DNA from: Paenibacillaceae bacterium
GTDB taxonomy: Bacteria; Bacillota; Bacilli; Paenibacillales; Paenibacillaceae
DNA: 64,000 bases
Direction of reading: 5' to 3'
Assembly: GCA_900766135.1 (NCBI GenBank)
Contig: CAAFUF010000001.1
Coordinates: 27,455-91,454, forward strand
Position 1 is the first letter of the stretch; the number at the start of each line of letters is the position of its first letter. The notes below the pieces were generated by a model, which saw only the letters and a list, made by a program, of their open reading frames with translations, searched no databases and was not told where the DNA came from. Both the position numbers and the translations under genes were made by a program. Shown here one piece after another: positions 47,269-57,578 of the stretch.

Positions 47269-49053
47269 ATGAATGGCATAAATACGCGCGGGGAATACCC
47301 GCGCCCTCAGTTTGAGCGAGAATTGTGGCTAAGTTTAAACGGGGAATGGCAATTTCAGTTTGACGATCAGCAGGTTGGGATAACTGAAGGGTGGTTTAAG
47401 GATAAAGAGTTGGAAGAAACGATCCGTGTGCCTTTCTGTTATCAAAGCGAGTTAAGCGGAATCGGCGTTACAGAATTCCACGATACCGTATGGTATAAGA
47501 GAACGATCGATATTCCCGAGGAGATGAAGGGAAAGCGGATCATTTTACACTTCGGAGCGGTGGATTATGCTTCTACGGTTTGGGTGAATGGCCAGATGGT
47601 GGTAACCCACGAAGGGGGGCATACCCCGTTTAGTGCAGACATTACCCATGCGTTGAAGGAATCCGGTTCAAATACAATAACGTTGCGTGCCCAAGATTTC
47701 AGCAAGGACGTCACCTTGCCGCGCGGTAAGCAGTACTGGAAGGAACAGTCCGAACTGATCTTTTATACTTCGACGACAGGAATTTGGCAGCCTGTATGGA
47801 TTGAGGCGGTAGCGCCGATTCATTTGCGCCAGGTGTATTATTATCCGGATATCGACCGGAATGAAATCGGGATCCATTACGCTCTGGAGGGCTGGACGGA
47901 AAAGGCGGAAATCGCGCTGCAGACCGTCATTTCCTTTGAGGGAGAAACGCTGGTTTCCGACGAATGCAAGATGACGGCCCCGGAGCAGAAGCGACGGATC
48001 GAACTGCATGACTTCAACGACCATGGCATGGGACGATGGTGGAGCCCGGAACATCCGAATCTGTATGAGGTGGAATACCGGGTGTTCGTTAACGGCGAAT
48101 TGCTCGATTCAGTCCGTAGTTACTTCGGGATGCGCAAGGTATCCGTGGACAGCGGCAAGCTGTGTCTAAATAACCGTCCGTTTTATATGAAGGCCGTTCT
48201 GGATCAAGGTTACTTTCCGGGAGGGATCTTAACGGCCCCGTCCGATGAGGACCTGCGACGCGATGTGGAGCTGACCAAGCGCATGGGGTTCAACAGCGTC
48301 CGGAAACATCAGAAGATCGAAGATCCACGCTTTCTGTATTGGTGTGACAAATTGGGACTCGTCGTTTGGGGAGAGGCTGCCAATGCCTATGCTTTCAGCG
48401 AGAATTACGCGAAAAGGTTTACAGCCGAATGGGCCGAAGCCATTCATCGCGATTTCAACAGCCCTTCGATCATCACTTGGGTGCCGCTGAATGAAAGCTG
48501 GGGGATCCCGAACGTGAAGGTGGACGAGCAGCAACGTCAGCATGCCATCGCGATGTACCACTTCACCAGATCGCTGGATCCGACGCGGCTGGTTATTTCC
48601 AACGACGGTTGGGAGCATGCGCAATCGGACTTGTGCACAATCCATGACTATCGGTGGGATTACGAGGATTTAATCCAAAAATACAGCCGGATTGAAACGG
48701 CGCTCGACGCTCCGCAAAATCGGGATATGTATGTGAAGGGCTACCGTTACGAGGGACAACCCGTTTTGATGACGGAATTTGGAGGAATTTCATTTCAGAC
48801 TGGAGTTCAGAGCGGTTGGGGGTACTCGGGAGCCAGCGATCTTAAGGATTTCGAACAGCGGGTGAAGGCCGTCATTCAGGCCATGCACGATTCGCCGTTA
48901 ATCCAAGGCTACTGCTATACGCAATTAACCGACGTGGAGCAAGAAATCAACGGGTTGCTAACCTTTGATCGCGAACCGAAACTTCCTTTGGATACGATCC
49001 GGCGATTTAACGAAGGGAAGTTTGGACCAGAGGAGGAGTTAGAACTACCATGA
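47269..49053 (+). CDS. GH2 family glycoside hydrolase (paralogue A)
   Basis: EYPRPQF, LHFGAVDY, PRGKQYW, TGIWQ.VW.E, LDQGYFP, RKHQKIEDP, WVPLNESWG (acid/base), TEFGG (nucleophile); start 47248 or 47269. Confidence 0.93.
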   Translation: MNGINTRGEYPRPQFERELWLSLNGEWQFQFDDQQVGITEGWFKDKELEETIRVPFCYQSELSGIGVTEFHDTVWYKRTIDIPEEMKGKRIILHFGAVDYASTVWVNGQMVVTHEGGHTPFSADITHALKESGSNTITLRAQDFSKDVTLPRGKQYWKEQSELIFYTSTTGIWQPVWIEAVAPIHLRQVYYYPDIDRNEIGIHYALEGWTEKAEIALQTVISFEGETLVSDECKMTAPEQKRRIELHDFNDHGMGRWWSPEHPNLYEVEYRVFVNGELLDSVRSYFGMRKVSVDSGKLCLNNRPFYMKAVLDQGYFPGGILTAPSDEDLRRDVELTKRMGFNSVRKHQKIEDPRFLYWCDKLGLVVWGEAANAYAFSENYAKRFTAEWAEAIHRDFNSPSIITWVPLNESWGIPNVKVDEQQRQHAIAMYHFTRSLDPTRLVISNDGWEHAQSDLCTIHDYRWDYEDLIQKYSRIETALDAPQNRDMYVKGYRYEGQPVLMTEFGGISFQTGVQSGWGYSGASDLKDFEQRVKAVIQAMHDSPLIQGYCYTQLTDVEQEINGLLTFDREPKLPLDTIRRFNEGKFGPEEELELP

Positions 49054-50822
49054 CAGAAGAACCTAGATCGGAATATCCGCGTCCGCAATTTGTCAGATCA
49101 TCGTGGCGCAGCCTGAACGGATCGTGGTCGTTTGCGTTTGATGATCGAAATCTCGGGGTGAAGGAGAAGTGGCATCAAGGGTCAGCGGAATTTCCAATGG
49201 AAATCCGCGTGCCCTTTTGTTACCAAAGCGAGCTTAGCGGCATCGAGGACAAAGGGGTGCACGAGCGCGTCTGGTACGAGAAAACCTTTACGATCCCTGA
49301 TGAATATGCGGGGAAACGAGTGATTTTGCATTTCGGTGCAGTGGATTACGAGTGCCGGGTTTGGGTGAACGGCATGCCGGCAGGCAACCACCGAGGCGGT
49401 TTCTCTTCCTTTTCATTCGAGATCAGCGATCTGATTGCCGGGAAGGATAACCGGATCACCGTGATGGCTCGGGATGTTCTTCAGGATTTGACGATTCCTC
49501 GGGGCAAGCAGTACTGGAAGGCCAAAGGAGAGGTGATGTGGTTTACGAACATGACCGGGATTTGGCAGTCCGTCTGGCTTGAGTTTGTGGATGACGTTTA
49601 TTTGGAAAAGGTTCGATTCACGCCGCATCTGGATACGAATGAAATCGAAATTCAAGCCTTTATGGACGGCTGGGATGAACGATACCGGATCGAATTGGAT
49701 ACGCGTATCGAATTTGCCGGAGAAGTGATCGCTGAAGAACGCAGACGCCTCCTTGCCGGAACCGAAAGCTGGCGCGTCAACCTGCGGGATTTTAACGATC
49801 ACGGCCTGGGTCGGTGGTGGTCGCCGGAGAAACCCAACCTGTACGACGTTCATTTTGAGCTGAAAGTGGACGGGCAGACAGTGGATTCAGTTGACAGTTA
49901 TTTCGGAATGCGCAAGATCTCGGTCGATGGCGGGAAGCTATGCCTGAATAACCGGCCTTATAAGATGAAGCTCGTGCTGGATCAAGGCTATTTTCCCCAA
50001 AGCCTGTTGACGGCCCCGACAGAAGAAGCGCTGCGCCGTGATGTCGAATTGTGTAAGGAAATGGGATTCAACGGAATGCGTAAGCATATGATGGTGGCGG
50101 ACCCTCGATACCTGTATTGGTGTGACAAGCTAGGCGTGTTGGTTTGGGGAGAAATGGCGGCTGCCTATGTCTACAATGAGCAGTATGCTTATCGAATGAT
50201 CGAGGAATGGAAAGAAGTCCTCGAGCGCGATTACAATCATCCCTCCATCGTCGTTTGGGTTCCCCTGAATGAAAGCTGGGGAGTTGCGGATATCTATTAC
50301 AACGAGAAACAGCAGCACCATGCGCAATCTCTGTACCATATTACGAAATCGGTTGATTCTACGAGACTGGTGATTTCCAACGACGGGTGGGAGCATTGCA
50401 AATCAGACTTATGTACGGTGCATGATTATTGCAAAGACCCTGAAATCTTGGAGCGCCGCTACTCGAATATTGACAATATCCTTACCGATATGCCAGGACT
50501 TGAGGGACGTAAGTTCATATATAACCCAGGTTTCTCCTATCAAGGCGAGCCGGTGCTGTGCACTGAATTCGGGGGAGTCAATTACCATGTCGAGCCAAGC
50601 TCACCTGTGGTGGAGCCAAGAGCTGAGAACGACGAGCAATATATTTCACAATTGGTTGACGTGATTCATCCTTACGTGTCTTCCAAACTGGTTCAAGGGT
50701 ATTGTTACACGCAATTAACGGATACCGAAACCGAAATTTGCGGCTTGTTGACCTGGAATAGGGAGCCCAAGGTCCCGTTAGAGGTTATTCGGAAAATTAA
50801 CGAAGGATATCGTGAATTTTAA
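49050..50822 (+). CDS. GH2 family glycoside hydrolase (paralogue B, divergent pocket residues)
   Basis: Same scaffold as paralogue A, including NESWG and TEFGG, but RKHMMVADP and DTETEICG; ATGA overlap with paralogue A. Confidence 0.93.
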   Translation: MTEEPRSEYPRPQFVRSSWRSLNGSWSFAFDDRNLGVKEKWHQGSAEFPMEIRVPFCYQSELSGIEDKGVHERVWYEKTFTIPDEYAGKRVILHFGAVDYECRVWVNGMPAGNHRGGFSSFSFEISDLIAGKDNRITVMARDVLQDLTIPRGKQYWKAKGEVMWFTNMTGIWQSVWLEFVDDVYLEKVRFTPHLDTNEIEIQAFMDGWDERYRIELDTRIEFAGEVIAEERRRLLAGTESWRVNLRDFNDHGLGRWWSPEKPNLYDVHFELKVDGQTVDSVDSYFGMRKISVDGGKLCLNNRPYKMKLVLDQGYFPQSLLTAPTEEALRRDVELCKEMGFNGMRKHMMVADPRYLYWCDKLGVLVWGEMAAAYVYNEQYAYRMIEEWKEVLERDYNHPSIVVWVPLNESWGVADIYYNEKQQHHAQSLYHITKSVDSTRLVISNDGWEHCKSDLCTVHDYCKDPEILERRYSNIDNILTDMPGLEGRKFIYNPGFSYQGEPVLCTEFGGVNYHVEPSSPVVEPRAENDEQYISQLVDVIHPYVSSKLVQGYCYTQLTDTETEICGLLTWNREPKVPLEVIRKINEGYREF

Positions 50823-50846
50823 TAGCTGAGAGGACTGAAGTACCGT

Positions 50847-50895
50847 CACAAAAAGCTTATGTCACGCAAGGGTGCGCTGGCATAAGCTTTTTGTG
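50847..50895 (+). terminator. Intrinsic terminator
   Basis: cacaaaaagcttatg ... cataagctttttgtg. Confidence 0.8.
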
Positions 50896-50907
50896 CTAGT
50901 TCACAAA

Positions 50908-50986
50908 TGAAAACGTTGACAATCACCGGAGAAGGGATTATGTTGATGAAAACCAAATAAAATGTTTGTAATAAAACAAATATTTT
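50908..50986 (+). promoter_or_regulatory. sigmaA promoter with cre and shared operator (copy 1)
   Basis: cre TGAAAACGTTGACA contains the TTGACA -35; TATGTT -10 after 17 bp; downstream AAAATGTTTGTAATAAAACAAA. Confidence 0.75.
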
Positions 50987-51026
50987 ATTAGTCTTTCAGA
51001 CGCAGGTCGAATTTAGGAGGAAAAAC

Positions 51027-52001
51027 ATGGAGCAAAGTACATTTTCAAACCCGATTTTGTCAAACGGTGCCGATCCTTGGGTTATTCGGCATCCCGATGG
51101 AAGCTACTATATGTCGGTCACTTTAGGAGATCGCATCGCTCTTTGGCATAGCCAAACACTGACCGGACTCGGTCAGGTTCAACCGAAGACGGTCTGGGTT
51201 CCTGAGCCGAACGGACCTTTTTCCCGCAACCTATGGGCGCCGGAGCTGCACCGCATCGATGGGCACTGGTACATCTATTATACCGCCAACGACGGCGGCG
51301 GGGACGACACAAGACGCATCTGCGTACTTGAACTTACGGGTGATGATCCGATGAACGGCGAGTGGTGTTTTAAAAGCGCGGTGAACACGGAAGTTCCGGG
51401 CCTCGACGGAACCGTGATCCAGCATCAGGGGGAGCTGTATTTCTTTTATTCCGGTTACGGCCACTTTCCCGATTACGGTTCGGCGATTTATGCTGCCCGC
51501 ATGACCAATCCGTGGACGCTGACAGGTCCGAATGTGCTGATTTCGGCCCCGACGGAACCTTGGGAGAAGCAAGGCGGGATGGCGATTAACGAAGGACCGG
51601 TCTTCTTGCGTCGTAACGGGTGGATTAACCTGGTCTTCTCGGCGAGTGCGACGTGGTCGGATGATTACTGCCTTGGGATGACGAGGATTCCGGAATCCGC
51701 GGACCTGCTTGACGCGAAGTCCTGGATCAAGCAGGATGGGCCCGTTTTTGCCAAGCATCCGTCATCCGGGGTCTACGCGCCGGGCCACAACAGCTTTACC
51801 GTTTCCCCGGACGGCTCCGAGGATTGGATCGTCTACCACGCTTACGATTATTCCGAGGCGCACCAACAACGCTCGGCGGGTTCTCCCCGCAGTACCAGAA
51901 TCCAAAGCTTCGGCTGGAAAGCGAACGGGATGCCGGATTTCGGGATACCCACCGGCGTTGGCGTACCGATTCCGCGGCCTTCCGGAGAACGAAACGCGTG
52001 A
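51027..52001 (+). CDS. GH43 glycoside hydrolase (alpha-L-arabinofuranosidase-like), cytoplasmic
   Basis: GADPWV, WAPELH..DG.WYIYY, LDGT, INEGP, FSASATW, PGHNSF..SPDG.EDWIVYHA; no signal peptide. Confidence 0.92.
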   Translation: MEQSTFSNPILSNGADPWVIRHPDGSYYMSVTLGDRIALWHSQTLTGLGQVQPKTVWVPEPNGPFSRNLWAPELHRIDGHWYIYYTANDGGGDDTRRICVLELTGDDPMNGEWCFKSAVNTEVPGLDGTVIQHQGELYFFYSGYGHFPDYGSAIYAARMTNPWTLTGPNVLISAPTEPWEKQGGMAINEGPVFLRRNGWINLVFSASATWSDDYCLGMTRIPESADLLDAKSWIKQDGPVFAKHPSSGVYAPGHNSFTVSPDGSEDWIVYHAYDYSEAHQQRSAGSPRSTRIQSFGWKANGMPDFGIPTGVGVPIPRPSGERNA

Positions 52002-52083
52002 ATTTAATTACAACTTTTTTGAAACTAAAGGTTTGATTTGAAACATCATGTGATTTCTTTAAAAAAATCGATAAACACTCGAA

Positions 52084-52156
52084 TGAAAGCGTTGACATCG
52101 GGACGAACGGGGATTATAATCAACGCAAAGATACAAAATATTTGTAATAAAACAAT
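52084..52156 (+). promoter_or_regulatory. sigmaA promoter with cre and shared operator (copy 2)
   Basis: TGAAAGCGTTGACA, 17 bp, TATAAT (52115-20); GATACAAAATATTTGTAATAAAACAA at 52130-55. Confidence 0.82.
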
Positions 52157-52279
52157 AATATCACTTCGTGGTAACTGTCTTGATGGTGGAGGGGGTTGGG
52201 CCGATCCGAAAGGGGCGATGAGGTCAAGCGGTAATATCGGGGGTTGCTGAGTTTTGAGATTAATCTACGGGAGGATCAT

Positions 52280-54028
52280 ATGAACAACAAATCGAAACGT
52301 ATTTTTGGATTTCTTTTCGTTTTTATTCTTGCGGTCTCGATGATTACGGCATGTAGCGGGGGTGGTTCGAACAATGCTGCCCAGAACAATGCCAATAAGC
52401 AGGAGAATGTTTCCGAAGAGCAACCGAACAACGAAACCTCGTTTACGGACATCAGTAAGGACATTCGCGGCAATACGGCGCCGACCCCGGAGCAAATCAG
52501 CGAAGTGAATGCGACATTAAACGATACCTATCTGGGCGATATTTTTGATGAGAAAATTCCGAACGACTACTCCGCCTATCCTTTCAAAGGGGATGTGACG
52601 CTGGATGTCTGGATGCCTGCGAACCGCAACATCCCGGATATGAACAACCACGCGATCCAGAAGCAAGTGGAGAAGCTGACGGGGATTAAAGTCAACTTCA
52701 TCACTCCGCCCGTGGGGCAAGAGGCGGATGCGTTTACCTTGATGATCTCTTCCGGCGATTTGCCGGACATCATCATCGAGCCCGGCCGGTATCCCGGGGG
52801 CTTCGAGGCGGGCGTCAACGATGGAGCGTATTTGGATCTGACCGACTTGATGGAGAAAAACGCCCCGAACTATACCGCTTGGCGGAACTCCGATGAGACG
52901 AGACGAAAAACGACGGTCACCGATAGCGGCAAACTGCTTGGTTTCTATGGCATAGCTCCATATTCGGAATGGATGTGGTTCGGCATGCTGATCAAGCAGG
53001 AGGCGCTGGATAAAACGGGGCTTCCGGTACCTGAAACGATTGACGAGTGGCATACCTTCCTGACCAAAGCCAAAGAGGTTGGTTACAGCGAGCCGCTTAA
53101 CTACGGGTCAAACTATGGTCAGATCTTTACCGGGATCCTGAACGGCGCTTACGGCGTGTGGGATTGGACCTTCTTGGACAGCAACGGCAAGGTTGCCTGG
53201 GGTCCGGCTCAACCTAAGGCGAAAGAATATTTGACGATGATGCAGCAATGGAATAAAGAAGGGCTGCTGAACAAAGATTGGGCGACGGCCGACTTCAACC
53301 AAAGAATGTCCAGCGCCATTTCGGGCAAGACCGCCGTCATGATGGATTCGCCCGATACGATGTGGAGCTATTGGAAGGAACAGAACAATATCGACTTCGT
53401 CGGAGCGCTGAACCCGGTGCTGAACAAAGGGGATAAAGCGGCGACGACGTACAAGAACTTCAAGCGAACGGGGACCGAAGCGGCGATTACGACCCAGGCC
53501 GAGAATGTTGAAGCGGCGATGGCTTGGCTGGACTTTGCCTACACCAAGAAGGGTTGGGAAATCTACAACTACGGCGAATACGGCACGGTACATCTGATCG
53601 ATGAGAACGGCAAACCTTATTATCCGGAAAATAGCTACATGTACAACGATCCCGACGGCCAACCGGTGGCCGTTGCGCTGGATAAATACCGCAGACACAG
53701 CTGGCCGGACATTCGCGACGAGCATAATTCCAACCCGCTGATCGTAGCTAAAGGGAGCTACTCCGGGGAGATCCGGAAAAATTGGACCGAGAACATGGAT
53801 ACGAGCGCGGCCATACCTCCGATTTCGTTTACGAAAGAGGAAGCCTCCCGGGAAGCGGAGCTGGGCAACCAGTTGTCCACCCTTCGAGGCGAATATTTCG
53901 CCAAAATCATCAAAGGCGAGCTGCCGGTGGACGCGTACGACAAGTTCCTGGAGGAAGCCAAAAAGATGGGGCTGGACGAATTCCTGAGCATTCATCAGGC
54001 GGCATTGGATCGTTATAACGGCAGATAA
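52280..54028 (+). CDS. Carbohydrate ABC transporter substrate-binding lipoprotein
   Basis: ITAC lipobox; LMISSGDLPDI, PETIDEW; ATG 52280 after GGGAGG. Confidence 0.92.
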   Translation: MNNKSKRIFGFLFVFILAVSMITACSGGGSNNAAQNNANKQENVSEEQPNNETSFTDISKDIRGNTAPTPEQISEVNATLNDTYLGDIFDEKIPNDYSAYPFKGDVTLDVWMPANRNIPDMNNHAIQKQVEKLTGIKVNFITPPVGQEADAFTLMISSGDLPDIIIEPGRYPGGFEAGVNDGAYLDLTDLMEKNAPNYTAWRNSDETRRKTTVTDSGKLLGFYGIAPYSEWMWFGMLIKQEALDKTGLPVPETIDEWHTFLTKAKEVGYSEPLNYGSNYGQIFTGILNGAYGVWDWTFLDSNGKVAWGPAQPKAKEYLTMMQQWNKEGLLNKDWATADFNQRMSSAISGKTAVMMDSPDTMWSYWKEQNNIDFVGALNPVLNKGDKAATTYKNFKRTGTEAAITTQAENVEAAMAWLDFAYTKKGWEIYNYGEYGTVHLIDENGKPYYPENSYMYNDPDGQPVAVALDKYRRHSWPDIRDEHNSNPLIVAKGSYSGEIRKNWTENMDTSAAIPPISFTKEEASREAELGNQLSTLRGEYFAKIIKGELPVDAYDKFLEEAKKMGLDEFLSIHQAALDRYNGR

Positions 54029-54059
54029 TCGCAGTAAGGCCTGAGAGAGAGCATGAAAT

Positions 54060-54105
54060 ATAACGAGGGTGACCGGGCTGGGTAAAAGCTTGGGCCCCTC
54101 GTTAT
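54060..54105 (+). other. Intercistronic stem-loop after the SBP gene (mRNA stabiliser or partial terminator)
   Basis: ataacgaggg ... ccctcgttat with an inner stem. Confidence 0.55.
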
Positions 54106-54144
54106 TGTTTCAGAGAATTCGGAAGAAGAGTAGGTGATTCGTTC

Positions 54145-55116
54145 ATGGAGATCGTCCGGAAATCAAGACAAATCGATCCAGCCGCGGAAGTCCCGAAACT
54201 TAAAAATACGAGAAAGACGATCAAAAAAGATCTGAAGAAAAACTGGTTTGTCTACTTGCTGGCCATTCCGGTGGTCGCGTGGTTTCTCGTTTTTTGCTAC
54301 GGTCCGATGTGGGGGGTCCTCATCGCCTTTAAGGATTATAAGCCTCTGCTCGGATTTGCCGAAAGCGACTGGGTCGGGTTTAAGCACTTTATTGATTTCT
54401 TTCAAGGGCCGTACTTTTGGAGGGTGATCAAAAATACGCTTCTCCTTAATGTATGGGGCATCGTATTCGGGTTTACCGCGCCGATTATTTTGGCGTTGAT
54501 GCTGAATGAAATTCGCGACGGAAAATTTAAGAAATCCGTACAAACGATCACCTATATGCCCCACTTTATTTCCTTGGTGGTCGTCTGCGGGATTATTCAT
54601 ATTTTCACGGCGGATGAAGGGGTCGTGACGCAGGTCGCGGAGTGGGTCACAGGCAAGGACTACACCTCGCTTCTCGGGTACTCTTCCTTTTTCAGGCCGA
54701 TTTATACGTTCTCCGGCATCTGGCAGAACATCGGCTGGGACAGCATTATCTATCTGGCCGCGATGAGTTCGATCGATCCCGCGTTATATGAGGCGGCAGA
54801 GATGGACGGCATCGGCAGAATCAAAAAAATGTGGTATATTACGCTGCCGCAAATCACCCCCATCATCGTCATCCTGTTTATTTTTGCGATTGGCGGACTG
54901 ATGGCGTCCGGATACGAGAAAATTATTTTGCTCTACAACCCGCTCACGTACGATACGGCAGACGTTATCGCTTCCTACGTCTACCGCAGAGGGTTGAGGG
55001 AAGCCAGTCTCAGCTTCTCTACCGCGGTCGGTTTGTTTAGCGCTGTGATCAACTTTGCGCTGCTGTGGGCGACGAACCGAATTGCCCGGCGCACTTCGGA
55101 AGTGAGCTTATGGTAG
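54145..55116 (+). CDS. Carbohydrate ABC transporter permease (LplB-like)
   Basis: YMPHFISLVV, LYEAAEMDG, ADVIASYVYR. Confidence 0.93.
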   Translation: MEIVRKSRQIDPAAEVPKLKNTRKTIKKDLKKNWFVYLLAIPVVAWFLVFCYGPMWGVLIAFKDYKPLLGFAESDWVGFKHFIDFFQGPYFWRVIKNTLLLNVWGIVFGFTAPIILALMLNEIRDGKFKKSVQTITYMPHFISLVVVCGIIHIFTADEGVVTQVAEWVTGKDYTSLLGYSSFFRPIYTFSGIWQNIGWDSIIYLAAMSSIDPALYEAAEMDGIGRIKKMWYITLPQITPIIVILFIFAIGGLMASGYEKIILLYNPLTYDTADVIASYVYRRGLREASLSFSTAVGLFSAVINFALLWATNRIARRTSEVSLW

Positions 55117-55130
55117 AAAGGGGGATGGCC

Positions 55131-56063
55131 ATGTCCAGTCGCAAAAAACTGAAGCACCGACACTGGAAGCCGAAGACGACCGGGGATCGCGTGTTTGACG
55201 CTATGAACTACATTTTGCTGACCGTCATCACGCTGATTTGCTTCTATCCGTTGCTGCATATATTGCTAGCCTCGGTCAGTAACCCGACGGCTCTTATGGC
55301 GCATAGCGGAATCTTGCTGAAACCGCTCGGATTCACGCTGGACGGGTATAAGCTGGTCTTTAAAGACAACAGCCTGCTGGTCGGTTACAAAAATACGATC
55401 CTCTACGTGGGACTAGGCACGCTGGTTAATATGGTCATGACGATCATGGGCGCCTTCGTTTTATCGAGAAAAGATCTCTATTTCAAGAATTTCATTATGA
55501 TTCTGATTACGATTACGATGTTCTTTGGCGGCGGGTTGATTCCGTGGTTTTTACTGATGAAGGATATTCATTTATACAACAACCTGTGGGCGATGATCTT
55601 GCCTACGGCTCTGAGCACTTGGAACATTATCATTTTAAGAACGAGCTTCCAGTCGCTCCCGGCCGAGCTGGAGGAAGCGGCGACCATCGATGGCGCAAGC
55701 CAGGCCAGTATTTTGATCCGCGTGATCCTGCCGCTTTCCAAAGCGACGTTGGCCGTTATCTTCCTGTATTACTTGGTGGGGAACTGGAACTCCTGGTTTA
55801 ACGCGATGGTGCTGCTGAAGGATCGGGAGTTGTTCCCGCTGCAACTGTTAATGAAGGAAATTTTGGTCGCCAACGACTCCACGGCAACAACGATCGGCAG
55901 CGCGGGGGGCGTCGTCATCGACAGCGCCCAGAGCTCGACCGCGTTCCGGGAACTGGTGAAATATTGCGCGATCGTCGTATCCACGGTGCCGATCTTGGTC
56001 GTGTATCCGTTCCTGCAGAAGTATTTCGTCAAAGGCGTCTACGTCGGGTCGATAAAAGGATGA
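55131..56063 (+). CDS. Carbohydrate ABC transporter permease (LplC-like)
   Basis: FGGGLIPWF, LEEAATIDGA, YPFLQKYFVKGVYVGSIKG. Confidence 0.93.
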   Translation: MSSRKKLKHRHWKPKTTGDRVFDAMNYILLTVITLICFYPLLHILLASVSNPTALMAHSGILLKPLGFTLDGYKLVFKDNSLLVGYKNTILYVGLGTLVNMVMTIMGAFVLSRKDLYFKNFIMILITITMFFGGGLIPWFLLMKDIHLYNNLWAMILPTALSTWNIIILRTSFQSLPAELEEAATIDGASQASILIRVILPLSKATLAVIFLYYLVGNWNSWFNAMVLLKDRELFPLQLLMKEILVANDSTATTIGSAGGVVIDSAQSSTAFRELVKYCAIVVSTVPILVVYPFLQKYFVKGVYVGSIKG

Positions 56064-56071
56064 GCATAAGG

Positions 56072-57487
56072 ATGGAAAAGAAAAGAATCGGAAAGGCGCT
56101 GCTGCCCGCCATCTGTCTGCTTCTCGTTTCCCAGGTCGGGTGTGCCGGTTCCGGTGCCGGGGGCGCGGAGCGGGAGGATTTCTATAATGTCTTGATGCAG
56201 GATGGGGCTGATCCGTGGGCATACAGACATACGGATGGGTATTACTACTTCACGAAGACGACCGGTGGCGACGTCACGGTCTGGAGGTCCGCCAGCCTGA
56301 CCGGCGTGGATGCGGCTCCGCGGAGGGTCATCCAGACGGGCGGCCACGGCATCTGGGCTCCGGAGCTTCATTATATTGATGGAGCCTGGTATATCTACTA
56401 CGCGATGGATGACGGGGACAACGTAAATCATCGCATGTACGTGATGGAGAATACCTCGGCCGATCCAACCCAAGGCGTGTGGAAGCAAAAAGGGCAAATC
56501 ACCGACTCGACCAACCGCTGGGCGATAGACGGCACGGTGCTGCAGTTGGATGGACAGTTGTATTTGATTTGGTCCGGTTGGGAAGGGGACGTCAATGTCA
56601 GTCAAAATCTATACATCGCCCATATGAGCAACCCCTGGACGATCGATTCGGAACGCGTGGAAATCGCCCGGCCAACCTTTGCATGGGAAACCAACCATTC
56701 GCCGCATGTGAATGAAGGTCCGCAAGTGGCGGTTCGAAACGGGACCATCAATCTTGTTTATTCGGCGAGCGGAAGCTGGACGAATGATTATTGCCTGGGA
56801 TTGATCACGGCCAAGGTTGGCGCTGATTTGTTGAATCCTGACTCATGGCACAAGAGGGAAGAGCCGATTTTCGTCTCCGGCAACGGGCTGTACGGCCCAG
56901 GTCACCATTCCTTTACCACGTCTCCCGACGGTACGGAGGATTGGATCGTTTATCACGTGGCGAAATATAAGGACGCCGGCTGGAACCGGGAAGTGCGGGC
57001 GCAGCCTTTTACCTGGAACGAGGATAACACCCCGAATCTCGGCGTTCCTGCGGACCCGAACATCCCGTTGGCTTTGCCTTCCGGAGAGGCAGCGCGTACC
57101 CGTTATGAAGCAGAGAAGGGCACGCTTGGATCCGGCGTGTCCATACGGACGAGCGCCACGGGCTCCGGAGGGAAAACCGTGGGGCGGTTCGAATCGGAGG
57201 ATAGCTATGCCGAGTACTCCGTTCAAGCCACGGCGGGAGAATATATCCTGTTGGCAAGAACGGCGAACGGGAGCGCTGACGGAGAAGTGGCTTATGTTGA
57301 ATTAAGCGTCAATTCGGAATCGCCCGTGACGCTCGCCGTCCTGCCGAAGGGGTGGGAAAATTGGGGGGCGTCCACCGCGAGAATCCGGCTGAAGGACGGG
57401 GTGAACAAGCTGCGGTTCGCCAAGGATCGCGGGGAGTTTGAACTGGATGTCTTCGACATCCTGCCGTTAGGTAACCTGGAAAAATGA
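56072..57487 (+). CDS. GH43 glycoside hydrolase lipoprotein with a C-terminal CBM35/CBM6-like module
   Basis: Signal peptide ending QVGC; GADPW, WAPELH, WAIDGT, VNEGPQ, GPGHHSF; RYEAE ... LKDGVNKLRF tail; start 56060 or 56072. Confidence 0.9.
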   Translation: MEKKRIGKALLPAICLLLVSQVGCAGSGAGGAEREDFYNVLMQDGADPWAYRHTDGYYYFTKTTGGDVTVWRSASLTGVDAAPRRVIQTGGHGIWAPELHYIDGAWYIYYAMDDGDNVNHRMYVMENTSADPTQGVWKQKGQITDSTNRWAIDGTVLQLDGQLYLIWSGWEGDVNVSQNLYIAHMSNPWTIDSERVEIARPTFAWETNHSPHVNEGPQVAVRNGTINLVYSASGSWTNDYCLGLITAKVGADLLNPDSWHKREEPIFVSGNGLYGPGHHSFTTSPDGTEDWIVYHVAKYKDAGWNREVRAQPFTWNEDNTPNLGVPADPNIPLALPSGEAARTRYEAEKGTLGSGVSIRTSATGSGGKTVGRFESEDSYAEYSVQATAGEYILLARTANGSADGEVAYVELSVNSESPVTLAVLPKGWENWGASTARIRLKDGVNKLRFAKDRGEFELDVFDILPLGNLEK

Positions 57488-57578
57488 TAAAATTTATGAA
57501 TATTGATTTATTACAGCTTTTTGTAGTAAAGTCAAGAAAGTAAGATCATTTTTTGGGAATACGGATACGGAGGTTCCT

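Noticed and set aside
52160..52270. Possible riboswitch in the G-rich leader of the SBP gene
   Set aside because: No recognisable aptamer consensus or terminator could be identified by eye; an Rfam scan would be needed.
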